Below are positions 18,678 to 25,453 of a stretch of 32,715 nucleotides of DNA, one piece after another. Location of the stretch: the IMG/VR virus record IMGVR_UViG_3300033412_000047, positions 1 to 32,715 of that record; one strand, 5' to 3'. The notes beneath the pieces were generated by a model. That model saw only the letters and a list, made by a program, of their open reading frames with translations. It ran no database searches and had not been told where the DNA came from. Made by a program: the position numbers and the translations under genes. The stretch comes from a virus. Its lineage: Duplodnaviria > Caudoviricetes. Positions within the stretch are counted from its first letter, which is position 1, and each line of letters opens with the position of its first letter.

Positions 18678-20090
18678 ATGGACTCCGTTTCCGACCAATC
18701 CGCAGCCGCCGATTTAAGGGCGACTCGCCGCCAGCGTTCATCCGGCGCGAGGAACGGTTTGGACCGCTTGCCGCCACATTCGCCGGAGGCCGAGCAAGGC
18801 GTGCTGGGTTGCGCGTTGCTTTCGCCGAACGAATGCATCGGCGAGTGCATCGAGAAATTAAAAGATGGCGGGCAGGAAGTTTTTTACGATTTGCGGCATC
18901 AGACGATTTACGAAACGCTCGCGGAGATGTTCAATTCGCGCGAGCCGGTGGACATCATCACCGTCCAGCAGAAGCTCAAGAACAAGCAATTGCTCGATCA
19001 GATTGGCGGCATCGCGTATCTGTCGCAATTACAGGACGCCGTGCCGAGCGCGGCGAATCTTTCCTATTACCTCGACATCGTCCGCGAAAAATATTTGCTG
19101 CGGAAAATGATTTCGGTCTGCACGGACGTCGTCGGACGCGTTTACGATTACGAAGGTGAAGTGGACGCGCTGTGCGATGAAGTCGAGCGCGACATTTTAG
19201 CGATTGGAAAATCTCGCGTGAGCAACACCGAAACGGGCGTAAAAGAACTTGTCCACGAATCCATCAATCGCATTGAAAAACTGTGGCAACGCAAGGGCGC
19301 GATTTCAGGCATCTCGACGGGAATCCACGACCTCGACAAGAAAACGGACGGCCTGCACGGTGGAGATTTGATTGTGGTAGCTGCTTACCCTTCGGTTGGA
19401 AAGACGAGCCTGTTAATGAATATCGTGGAGAACGTCGTTTTGGATCAAAAACTTCCGGTCGGAATTTTCACCTACGAGATGTCCGGCGTATCGCTTGTGA
19501 CCCGATTTATTTGCTCCCATGCGCGAATCAATCTCCGAAATATCCGTGATGGGATTATTTGTGAAACCGATTTTCCGAAGATAACTCATTCCGCTGGCAG
19601 GATTTCAAATGCACCGATTTATTTTGAACACAACGGCGATTTGAATTTGATGCAACTCCGGGCAAAGGCTCGCCGCTGGAAACAACAATACGGAATCAAA
19701 CTCATTGGCGTTGATTACATCCAAAAAGTGAAGCCGAGCGGATCGAACAAGGGCGATAATCGGGAGCGCGAAGTATCAGCAATATCGGACGGCCTGAAAT
19801 CTTTGGCGATGGAACTTGATTTGCCGGTGATTGCTTTAAGCCAGTTGAATGACGACGGCAAGTTGCGCGAGAGCCGGACAATCGGGCAGGATGCCGATGG
19901 CGTCTGGATGCTCGAACGCGATGACGAAAAAAGCACCGAAGAAGCCGACTTTGTTGACCTGTGGTTACGGAAGCAAAGGAATGAGGAACGCGATGTTTGC
20001 GTGAACCTGACTTTTTTGAAGAAAATCACAAGATTCGAGCAGCGCGAAAACCGAATTATCGCCGACGAAGATGTTCCCAACCACGCATGA
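18678..20090 (+). CDS. dnaB: Replicative DNA helicase (DnaB family)
   Basis: PPHS.EAEQ.VLG N-domain, Walker A AAYPSVGKTS, YEMS, VDYIQ, LSQLN, LRES..IGQDAD, KQRN. Confidence 0.96.
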   Translation: MDSVSDQSAAADLRATRRQRSSGARNGLDRLPPHSPEAEQGVLGCALLSPNECIGECIEKLKDGGQEVFYDLRHQTIYETLAEMFNSREPVDIITVQQKLKNKQLLDQIGGIAYLSQLQDAVPSAANLSYYLDIVREKYLLRKMISVCTDVVGRVYDYEGEVDALCDEVERDILAIGKSRVSNTETGVKELVHESINRIEKLWQRKGAISGISTGIHDLDKKTDGLHGGDLIVVAAYPSVGKTSLLMNIVENVVLDQKLPVGIFTYEMSGVSLVTRFICSHARINLRNIRDGIICETDFPKITHSAGRISNAPIYFEHNGDLNLMQLRAKARRWKQQYGIKLIGVDYIQKVKPSGSNKGDNREREVSAISDGLKSLAMELDLPVIALSQLNDDGKLRESRTIGQDADGVWMLERDDEKSTEEADFVDLWLRKQRNEERDVCVNLTFLKKITRFEQRENRIIADEDVPNHA

Positions 20091-20272
20091 ACGCTATTGA
20101 ATCATTTCGCAAGCTGTATGCGGCCTGTTGCTGGACAGAAAGCCTTGTGACCGAGATGCAAGGCAAAATCAATAATGGAGAATTGATTGATTTGAAAAAG
20201 CTAAACCAGATTCGAGAAAATTTGAACGAGGCCAAACGTGCCGAGCGTGAATTAAGAAAGGCGTTGAAATGA
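20087..20272 (+). CDS. Hypothetical protein
   Basis: ATGA overlaps at both ends. Confidence 0.6.
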   Translation: MNAIESFRKLYAACCWTESLVTEMQGKINNGELIDLKKLNQIRENLNEAKRAERELRKALK

Positions 20273-20445
20273 AATGGATAAAAATAAATCGGAAAAAATT
20301 AGTTAAACGAGGATTTGTGGTCGCTGGTTCTTATCGTGATGGCAAATGGGATACCAGCAGCACGAGTCACGGTGACGGATTTCCAAGATGGGCGGACAGT
20401 GACAGGACGCATTATTGTGTTTTACCAAAACCACCAAAATTATGA
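20269..20445 (+). CDS. DUF551-like small phage protein
   Basis: MKWIKI...THYCVLPKPP pattern; ATGA overlaps at both ends; not in the ORF track. Confidence 0.6.
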   Translation: MKWIKINRKKLVKRGFVVAGSYRDGKWDTSSTSHGDGFPRWADSDRTHYCVLPKPPKL

Positions 20446-20792
20446 TTGCGCCAGACTTATTTGAATCCGCCCACGCACGAAGGATAGACCCGACGACGAG
20501 CCATCAGGCCGCAGCGAGCGTTACCGATTTGACATTAAAACAGCACGACGTTTATGCCATTTTCTTGAAATATAAGCGCGGGGGCAGCGACGGATTAACC
20601 GATGAAGAAATGATTGAGTATTACAACGACGACAGGAACGTATCGGTTCAATCGGAGTCCGGCCTTCGCACTCGACGCAGCGAACTTGTGACCAAAGGCA
20701 AGCTCGTTGACTCTGGCGAACGCCGCAAAACCAAGAGCGGTAGAAATTCGATAGTCTGGAAATTGACAAATGCAGCATTTGCAACCGTATGA
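20442..20792 (+). CDS. Winged-helix DNA-binding phage protein
   Basis: ARRIDPTTSHQAA ... GLTDEE ... RTRRSELV..G.LVDSG..R...SGR..IVW, a common phage family. Confidence 0.75.
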   Translation: MIAPDLFESAHARRIDPTTSHQAAASVTDLTLKQHDVYAIFLKYKRGGSDGLTDEEMIEYYNDDRNVSVQSESGLRTRRSELVTKGKLVDSGERRKTKSGRNSIVWKLTNAAFATV

Positions 20793-20802
20793 AAGGAAAA
20801 TT

Positions 20803-20976
20803 ATGAAACAAACTGACACTGGTTATATCATCAAAAACGGAAAAGTATTTATTTATCCAACTCTTTTCACAACCCGCAGAGAGTGTGTTTTTAGACATTG
20901 CGGACTGACAATAAAACAATTCAAAAAATCATTTACGCACCTCAATGTTGTTAAGGTTCAAATCAAGGAACTGTGA
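20803..20976 (+). CDS. Hypothetical protein
   Basis: AAGGA upstream of ATG 20803; GTGA overlap with the next gene. Confidence 0.55.
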   Translation: MKQTDTGYIIKNGKVFIYPTLFTTRRECVFRHCGLTIKQFKKSFTHLNVVKVQIKEL

Positions 20977-21380
20977 GCAATCCCGGCCTTAAACCATTCC
21001 AATTGAAAAAGCCGTCCAAGAGATTGCCGAAGGCTCGAAAGCCCATCGCCAGAAGCCAGAGGCCGATTCGTAAGCGAACGTCCAAGCGGGCTGCGGAAGA
21101 GGCGCGGTATCGCAAGAGGTCAAAGCAATGGCTGTTTCCTTCCGATGGCGCATTTCGGTTTTGTGAAGGTCATCACGAGAGACTTTTGCCGCCAGTAATC
21201 GCAAATCAGGTTCATCACAAATTTGGCCGCAGGGGTCGTCTGTTAAATTACGAACCGTTTTGGATTGCTGTCTGCAACGATTGCCAAGACTGGATTCACA
21301 ACCGCGAGCCGGATAAAGCGCGTGAACTTGGATTGCTCTGCCCGAAGGGTCAATACAACAACCAATCACTCGCAAAATAG
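20973..21380 (+). CDS. HNH-like nuclease (Ref/Nin-type)
   Basis: Basic N-terminus, FCE..QVHHKFGR...AVCNDCQDWIH..P..A.ELGLL. Confidence 0.7.
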   Translation: MSNPGLKPFQLKKPSKRLPKARKPIARSQRPIRKRTSKRAAEEARYRKRSKQWLFPSDGAFRFCEGHHERLLPPVIANQVHHKFGRRGRLLNYEPFWIAVCNDCQDWIHNREPDKARELGLLCPKGQYNNQSLAK

Positions 21381-21382
21381 CC

Positions 21383-21847
21383 ATGCCAACCTTACCCATA
21401 AACCCGTCAGAGAGCTTTCGCAGGAGAAATCCAACCCTCTATCCATCGTCGCAGGGCGTTAAAACCTCGCCTAACCCCCAAAGCGATCGAAATTCGGCGG
21501 CTTTAAGCAATGTTGAGATTACAACCAACTTCCTGTGCCATCCAACAACTGACGAATTGAAGCTCAACAAAACAGAGCGGGCTTTTCTGAAATACCTTGA
21601 ACTTCTAAACTTTCCGTGGATCGGTGTGCAAAACATCAGCCTTAAAATCGGCAACGACTGCCGCTATGTCTGCGATTTTTGGGCTATCGGATTTGACGGC
21701 GAACTTATCGGTTACGAAACGAAAGGATTTTACAGACCACAGGCGAAAGTAAAAATGGCTGTTGTCGCCCGATTATTTCCGTGGATAAAATTCAAACTCG
21801 TCCGCAAGATTAAAAACGGATGGGATATACAGGATGTGAAGCCTTGA
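21383..21847 (+). CDS. DUF1064-like PD-(D/E)XK nuclease (possible junction resolvase)
   Basis: NKTERAF...RYVCDF...YETKGF...KVK..A..FPW. Confidence 0.7.
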   Translation: MPTLPINPSESFRRRNPTLYPSSQGVKTSPNPQSDRNSAALSNVEITTNFLCHPTTDELKLNKTERAFLKYLELLNFPWIGVQNISLKIGNDCRYVCDFWAIGFDGELIGYETKGFYRPQAKVKMAVVARLFPWIKFKLVRKIKNGWDIQDVKP

Positions 21848-21848
21848 T

Positions 21849-22007
21849 ATGAACGCTGAACCACAATCAAAATCAGTCAAGCCCGCTCAAAGGACGCGAA
21901 TTTTCGGAGGTTCGATTTTTCGAGAGGGTGACACCGAGACGATTCGCGGGATTTCATTTGTTGTGACACATTTTACGAAACGCGGAGTGATTTTGAGGCC
22001 GGTTAAA
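21849..22007 (+). CDS. 5' part of a small phage gene split by the cassette array (3' part at 23817-23840); now fused in frame to cassette A ORF
   Basis: Joining 22007 to 23817 gives ...VILRPVK-QQPEERR* with TGA 23838-23840 overlapping ATG 23837. Confidence 0.7.
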
Positions 22008-22110
22008 CGACGGAACTCATGCACCGGCGACCAAAAACCTATGAACACACCAGACTTTACCGAACAACCCAAAGCGCCAACGGCGGTTGCGTGCAGTGAT
22101 TTTGTTCGGC
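22002..22110 (-). repeat. attC-like site A
   Basis: Minus strand: R'' GCCGAAC, 6 nt, L'' ACTGCACG ... L' CATGAGT, 6 nt, R' GTTTAAC. Confidence 0.75.
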
Positions 22111-22379
22111 GTCCCCTGTGTGACCGAATCAGGGCTGCTTGGAAACCGCGAATCGGATACCACGAACTGATGAACGCTGTGTTCCCATACGCAGAATACC
22201 CGCTGGCATGGCGATACTCACACAACGGAGGCCCGCCAGTGTGCGCTATGGCATTTGGGAAGGCGCTCCGAAAGCTGGGGCTGATGCGATACGACAACAT
22301 AATCTCAGGCACGCCGAATGACGAGCTATGCAACGTGGCGTCAAAAACAAACCAACAACCGAAAGACCAAAAACCATGA
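22041..22379 (+). CDS. Cassette A hypothetical protein
   Basis: ATG inside the attC A loop after an A/C-rich leader; stop overlaps ATG 22376. Confidence 0.7.
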   Translation: MNTPDFTEQPKAPTAVACSDFVRRPLCDRIRAAWKPRIGYHELMNAVFPYAEYPLAWRYSHNGGPPVCAMAFGKALRKLGLMRYDNIISGTPNDELCNVASKTNQQPKDQKP

Positions 22380-22442
22380 GTAAATCAACAGCATCCGAAA
22401 CGAAAGGGGCAAGCCACGTTGCGCATCAGCGACTGGTTAGAG
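22313..22442 (-). repeat. attC-like site B (R' core reads ATT instead of GTT)
   Basis: Minus strand: CTCTAAC cagtc GCTGATGC gcAACGTGGC ... GCCACGTT GCATAGC tcgtc ATTCGGC. Confidence 0.8.
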
Positions 22443-22726
22443 CAAAAAACGACAATAGTCTAATCACGCCAAAGGAACGTGCCGACCGGATAATTCAGGA
22501 CATCCTCGTGAACCATCTGCCGCGAATCGTAGAAGGGCTACACGCTGGATATGTGGATGAGAATCAAATCCTCGTGATGTATGACCATGCCGTGCGCGCT
22601 CGGCTGCTAACCGAACATAAAAGCTCCGAATATGTCGAGGCCATCCAAGCACAAATCGCCAGAATAATCGCTGGCGGCTCAAAAAATGGAAAACTCATCC
22701 GCGAGCAACTGCGCCACTTGCTCTAA
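22376..22726 (+). CDS. Cassette B hypothetical protein
   Basis: MSKSTASETK...; ATG inside the attC B loop; TAA stop lies within CTCTAAC of site C. Confidence 0.7.
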   Translation: MSKSTASETKGASHVAHQRLVRAKNDNSLITPKERADRIIQDILVNHLPRIVEGLHAGYVDENQILVMYDHAVRARLLTEHKSSEYVEAIQAQIARIIAGGSKNGKLIREQLRHLL

Positions 22727-22829
22727 CGACAAGCCGAGCTAACCGCCGCGAACTATCCACGAGCATGAAATCGAAACGCACTACCAAACTGAAAGCGCCC
22801 CGGCGGTTAGCTCCGGCGCATGGTTCTGA
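22721..22829 (-). repeat. attC-like site C
   Basis: Minus strand: TCAGAAC catgc GCCGGAGC TAACCGCCG ... CGGCGGTTA GCTCGGC ttgtc GTTAGAG. Confidence 0.88.
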
Positions 22830-23130
22830 TGCGGTCGTCCTTCGACTACTCGACGACAACCGGCGCATGACGCGGGAACTGCTCGCATACCGGAAGGCGA
22901 AGCGAATCAATGCCGCCCGCCTGCTGCTCTGCAAACTTCGGGCACATATCGAGCCGCACTACAAAGCCGAGCATGGTATCCCGCTCAAATACGATACAGG
23001 CTGGGCGTGGGAGATGGCTGCTTTCATCGAAAACCACTTCCAGAAAATCACCGTGAAACAGATGCGCGAGCATCAGAACGGCACAGCTATGCGGCAACTG
23101 AACGAGAAGGGCAAATATGAACTGCACTAA
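22765..23130 (+). CDS. Cassette C hypothetical protein
   Basis: ATG inside the attC C loop; reads on into the loop of site D. Confidence 0.7.
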   Translation: MKSKRTTKLKAPRRLAPAHGSDAVVLRLLDDNRRMTRELLAYRKAKRINAARLLLCKLRAHIEPHYKAEHGIPLKYDTGWAWEMAAFIENHFQKITVKQMREHQNGTAMRQLNEKGKYELH

Positions 23131-23245
23131 ATGCGGATTACCAATAACACCGGAACACGAAGAGCACGGCAACACGGGCTATCACATAATTTGCCCTTCT
23201 CGTGAAGGGTCGCGCAGCGATGTCCGCATCAGCGACGGGTTAGGC
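23073..23245 (-). repeat. attC-like site D (long, 173 nt)
   Basis: Minus strand: GCCTAAC ccgtc GCTGATGC GGACA ... TGCC GCATAGC tgtgcc GTTCTGA. Confidence 0.8.
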
Positions 23246-23551
23246 GGGAGCGCGAGCGACCGACAACCCGGCGCTGTAGCTGTGCCGTTAGGCGTGAGGA
23301 AAAGCGATCCTGCCGCCGAAGGTGAATTGCAGAGGCGTGTGGAATGGGCTGAACCAGTCTTTGAAGCATTTGTGGCAGAGGTAGCGGCAAAGAAATGGAG
23401 CAATGCTCTAAACCACATCGAGCCACTAATCCGCGAACTCAAACTCTGTGAGCATGATTGCCGCTACCTCGTCGAAGAACGGCGGCGGCTGGCGCTGGCC
23501 AGTGCAACGGCCAGCGAGCGGCTCACGCCTAACGAGAAAGTCCAGCGATGA
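23117..23551 (+). CDS. Cassette D hypothetical protein
   Basis: ATG inside the attC D loop; N-terminal CxxC..H..C; ATGA overlap with 23548. Confidence 0.7.
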   Translation: MNCTKCGLPITPEHEEHGNTGYHIICPSREGSRSDVRISDGLGGSASDRQPGAVAVPLGVRKSDPAAEGELQRRVEWAEPVFEAFVAEVAAKKWSNALNHIEPLIRELKLCEHDCRYLVEERRRLALASATASERLTPNEKVQR

Positions 23552-23657
23552 GCGACTGCAACCACACAACTCTCGAAAGCTGTCTGCGCGCCGATGAGTG
23601 CGCCCAGTGTCTCCGCGAAAGAGCGCCAAGCTCATTCGCTGCGACGGCGGGTTCTCT
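23527..23657 (-). repeat. attC-like site E
   Basis: Minus strand: AGAGAAC ccgcc GTCGCAGC GAATGAGC ... GCTCATC GCTGGAC tttctc GTTAGGC. Confidence 0.85.
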
Positions 23658-23850
23658 GGCGTCAATTCCTCACAAGTGCCCCAAATGCGACGGGCAGGGA
23701 ATCGTCAGCAAGCCGCCGTGGGTGGCAGGGGATGTCCACCAATGGAGCAGCACTGAAACAACATTCCAGTGTGATGTCTGCCACGGCTCAAAAATCATCT
23801 GGAGCAAGCCAGAGAACAACAACCAGAGGAGCGGCGATGAATTGGGATAG
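23548..23850 (+). CDS. Cassette E protein with DnaJ-type zinc finger motifs
   Basis: CPKCDGQG ... CDVCHGS; ATG inside attC E. Confidence 0.7.
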   Translation: MSDCNHTTLESCLRADECAQCLRERAPSSFAATAGSLASIPHKCPKCDGQGIVSKPPWVAGDVHQWSSTETTFQCDVCHGSKIIWSKPENNNQRSGDELG

Positions 23851-24037
23851 ATTCTCCGAAGAACGCGACGACATCGGCTACCTCGACCGACGAGCAGAAC
23901 GCGCACAAGAATTAGCCGACGTTCGCCAATAGCAGGCGCGAGACGATAAAGTTTTGTTCGGCAAAAATCATCGGATGGAAAGTCATGCCGCTGATTTGAA
24001 AGCGGCTCAAGAATTGGATGAACGAAATAAGAAATGA
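23837..24037 (+). pseudogene. Small gene with an internal TAG
   Basis: MNWDRFSEERDDIGYLDRRAERAQELADVRQ*QARDDKVLFG...ELDERNKK*; TAG at 23930-23932; the read-through frame ends in an ATGA overlap at 24034-24037. Confidence 0.55.
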
Positions 24038-24223
24038 AAATTTACTCCGGCATATTGGGTTGGCGTAGTGAGTGCGCCTGTGGGCGGCAGGCCGGAGTCT
24101 TACCGCAGTTGCCGCTCACACCTTCTGAGGCGAAGTCGGGACAGTTCGCTATTCATCTCACACTGTTCAAGTCCCTCACGTTCAATCCACCTGTTGTTGT
24201 GCGTGAGGGGCGATTTTGATTTT

Positions 24224-24928
24224 ATGCGGGAACTGATTTACAGCAACGATTTGATAGGCCAACGTCCGGTTGGAATAACGGATGGCCTTATCCGGCTTGT
24301 TGAAGATTCAACTGGCCGATGCGACGAAATTATCAAGGCGCATCATTACAGCCATAAGACAACCAAAAACAGATTTCTTTCGATGCTGGTGAATGAGGGA
24401 CTTGGAGCTATCCAGCTTGGTTACGGTATTAGGCCGAAAATGAAGCACACAATTTCGGAAGATATTTGTGAAGGAAATTTTTGTGAGTTTGACCGGATGT
24501 GGTTGAGCGATGAATTACCAAAATTCAGCGAAAGCCGGACGATTGGTTTGCTGTTGAGCTATATCAAGCGCGTTCATTCACGGATAAAATTCATCATCAC
24601 TTACGCCGACGAAAGCGCGGGAAACAAGGGAACGATTTACAAGGCGACAAACGCGATTCAGCTTAAATCTTTGGATTGCGATTTTTATGTCTTGCCTTCG
24701 GGCGAAAGAATCCATCCTGTTTCCATGTATCATCGGCATAAGACTCGTTCAAAAGCGTTCGTTCAAAAGCAGTATCCGGGCATCAAGCATATCAAGGGCG
24801 AGTTCAAACAATTCCGATTCCTGTATATTTTGGACAATAAATTGCGGAGGAAGTTTCAAGGCAGAAACGCTGGCGTTCCACGTCAGAGGGATGAGTTCAA
24901 TTCTCATACTCCGCCCCAATTAACATGA
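24224..24928 (+). CDS. mom: Mom-family adenine modification enzyme (GNAT fold)
   Basis: HHYS; QLGYG; EFDRMWLSDELPKFSES..I; IKFIITYADES.G..GTIYKATN; KQFRFLY. Start likelier at ATG 24224 than 24068. Confidence 0.85.
   Translation: MRELIYSNDLIGQRPVGITDGLIRLVEDSTGRCDEIIKAHHYSHKTTKNRFLSMLVNEGLGAIQLGYGIRPKMKHTISEDICEGNFCEFDRMWLSDELPKFSESRTIGLLLSYIKRVHSRIKFIITYADESAGNKGTIYKATNAIQLKSLDCDFYVLPSGERIHPVSMYHRHKTRSKAFVQKQYPGIKHIKGEFKQFRFLYILDNKLRRKFQGRNAGVPRQRDEFNSHTPPQLT
24844..24918 (+). tRNA. Atypical tRNA-Gly(UCC)-like RNA overlapping the mom 3' end
   Basis: GCGGAGG AA GTTT CAAGGCAG AAAC G CTGGC GTTCCAC GTCAG AGGG ATGAG TTCAATT CTCAT ACTCCGC C CCA: full cloverleaf, TCC anticodon, encoded CCA. Confidence 0.85.
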
Positions 24929-25281
24929 CCCGCTCCTTTACAGACCGAGAGCGCGAGCTATTAAAAGCCATGTCACTATTGCCACAGCCATTTACGACCA
25001 GAGATGTTATCGCCGTCGCTGCCGTCCGTTCGTCGGTTCAACATTTCATGGCCGTATTCACCAAACTGAAATTCATCAAACCTGATGGCCTACGATTGAA
25101 ACATAACCAGCCGCAGACCTATTGCCGGACAGATAAATTTCCCGACATGACAGACGAGCCGGTTGCAGAAAAAGAGCCTGCGCCAATCCTCAAGCGAACA
25201 CCCATAGAGGAGGCTTACTGGCAGATGCGTGACAGTTTCAATATCAAGACGAGGGCTGACGATCCGACTATTTATGAGTGA
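24925..25281 (+). CDS. Hypothetical protein (possible winged helix)
   Basis: 118 aa; overlaps both neighbours. Confidence 0.6.
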   Translation: MTRSFTDRERELLKAMSLLPQPFTTRDVIAVAAVRSSVQHFMAVFTKLKFIKPDGLRLKHNQPQTYCRTDKFPDMTDEPVAEKEPAPILKRTPIEEAYWQMRDSFNIKTRADDPTIYE

Positions 25282-25453
25282 GAATTTCAACCAAATCAAA
25301 AAGTGTCCCTGTGGCAAGATGGAATTGCACAAGGCCGATGAATCTCCAATTTGGAAGATGCCGCCGATGTGCTTCAATCCCAGACCGGAGGTTGAAATCA
25401 TTCCGGCAACTTGTCCCGAATGTTCAGCAAATCAAGTGGTGGTGACGGCATGA
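25274..25453 (+). CDS. Small Zn-ribbon protein
   Basis: KKCPCGKMELHKADE...VEIIPATCPEC; ATGA overlap with 25450. Confidence 0.6.
   Translation: MSENFNQIKKCPCGKMELHKADESPIWKMPPMCFNPRPEVEIIPATCPECSANQVVVTA

Larger units (their letters stand above)
22008..23816 (-). mobile_element. Array of five integron-type gene cassettes without an integrase (CALIN-like)
   Basis: Five attC-like sites; each cassette's two ends are complementary over 8-13 nt; removal at G|TT restores the target gene. Confidence 0.85.

Noticed and set aside
8389-20090. Inteins in TerL or DnaB
   Set aside because: Normal lengths; no C...HN-C/S/T splice motifs or LAGLIDADG blocks seen.
22002-23657. Inverted repeats read as terminators or REP elements
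   Set aside because: No U-tracts, long coding loops and different arm sequences at each site; the cross-site R-box matching is explained by cassette recombination instead.
13120-23932. TAG recoding (genetic code 15), suggested by two in-frame TAGs and by portal read-through ending in a GTGA overlap
   Set aside because: Long structural and replication genes have no internal TAG. TAG ends the HNH gene at its typical WKHI terminus and ends 20973..21380 just before the next ATG. No suppressor tRNA was seen.
24120-24180. Hammerhead or HDV-like ribozyme in the mom leader
   Set aside because: CTGAGGCGAA does not fit CUGANGA...GAAA, and no P3/P1.1 elements of an HDV fold were found.
24068-24223. 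N-terminal extension of Mom from GTG 24068
   Set aside because: It has no Mom-like motifs and coincides with structured RNA; ATG 24224 fits the leader pattern of other genes better.
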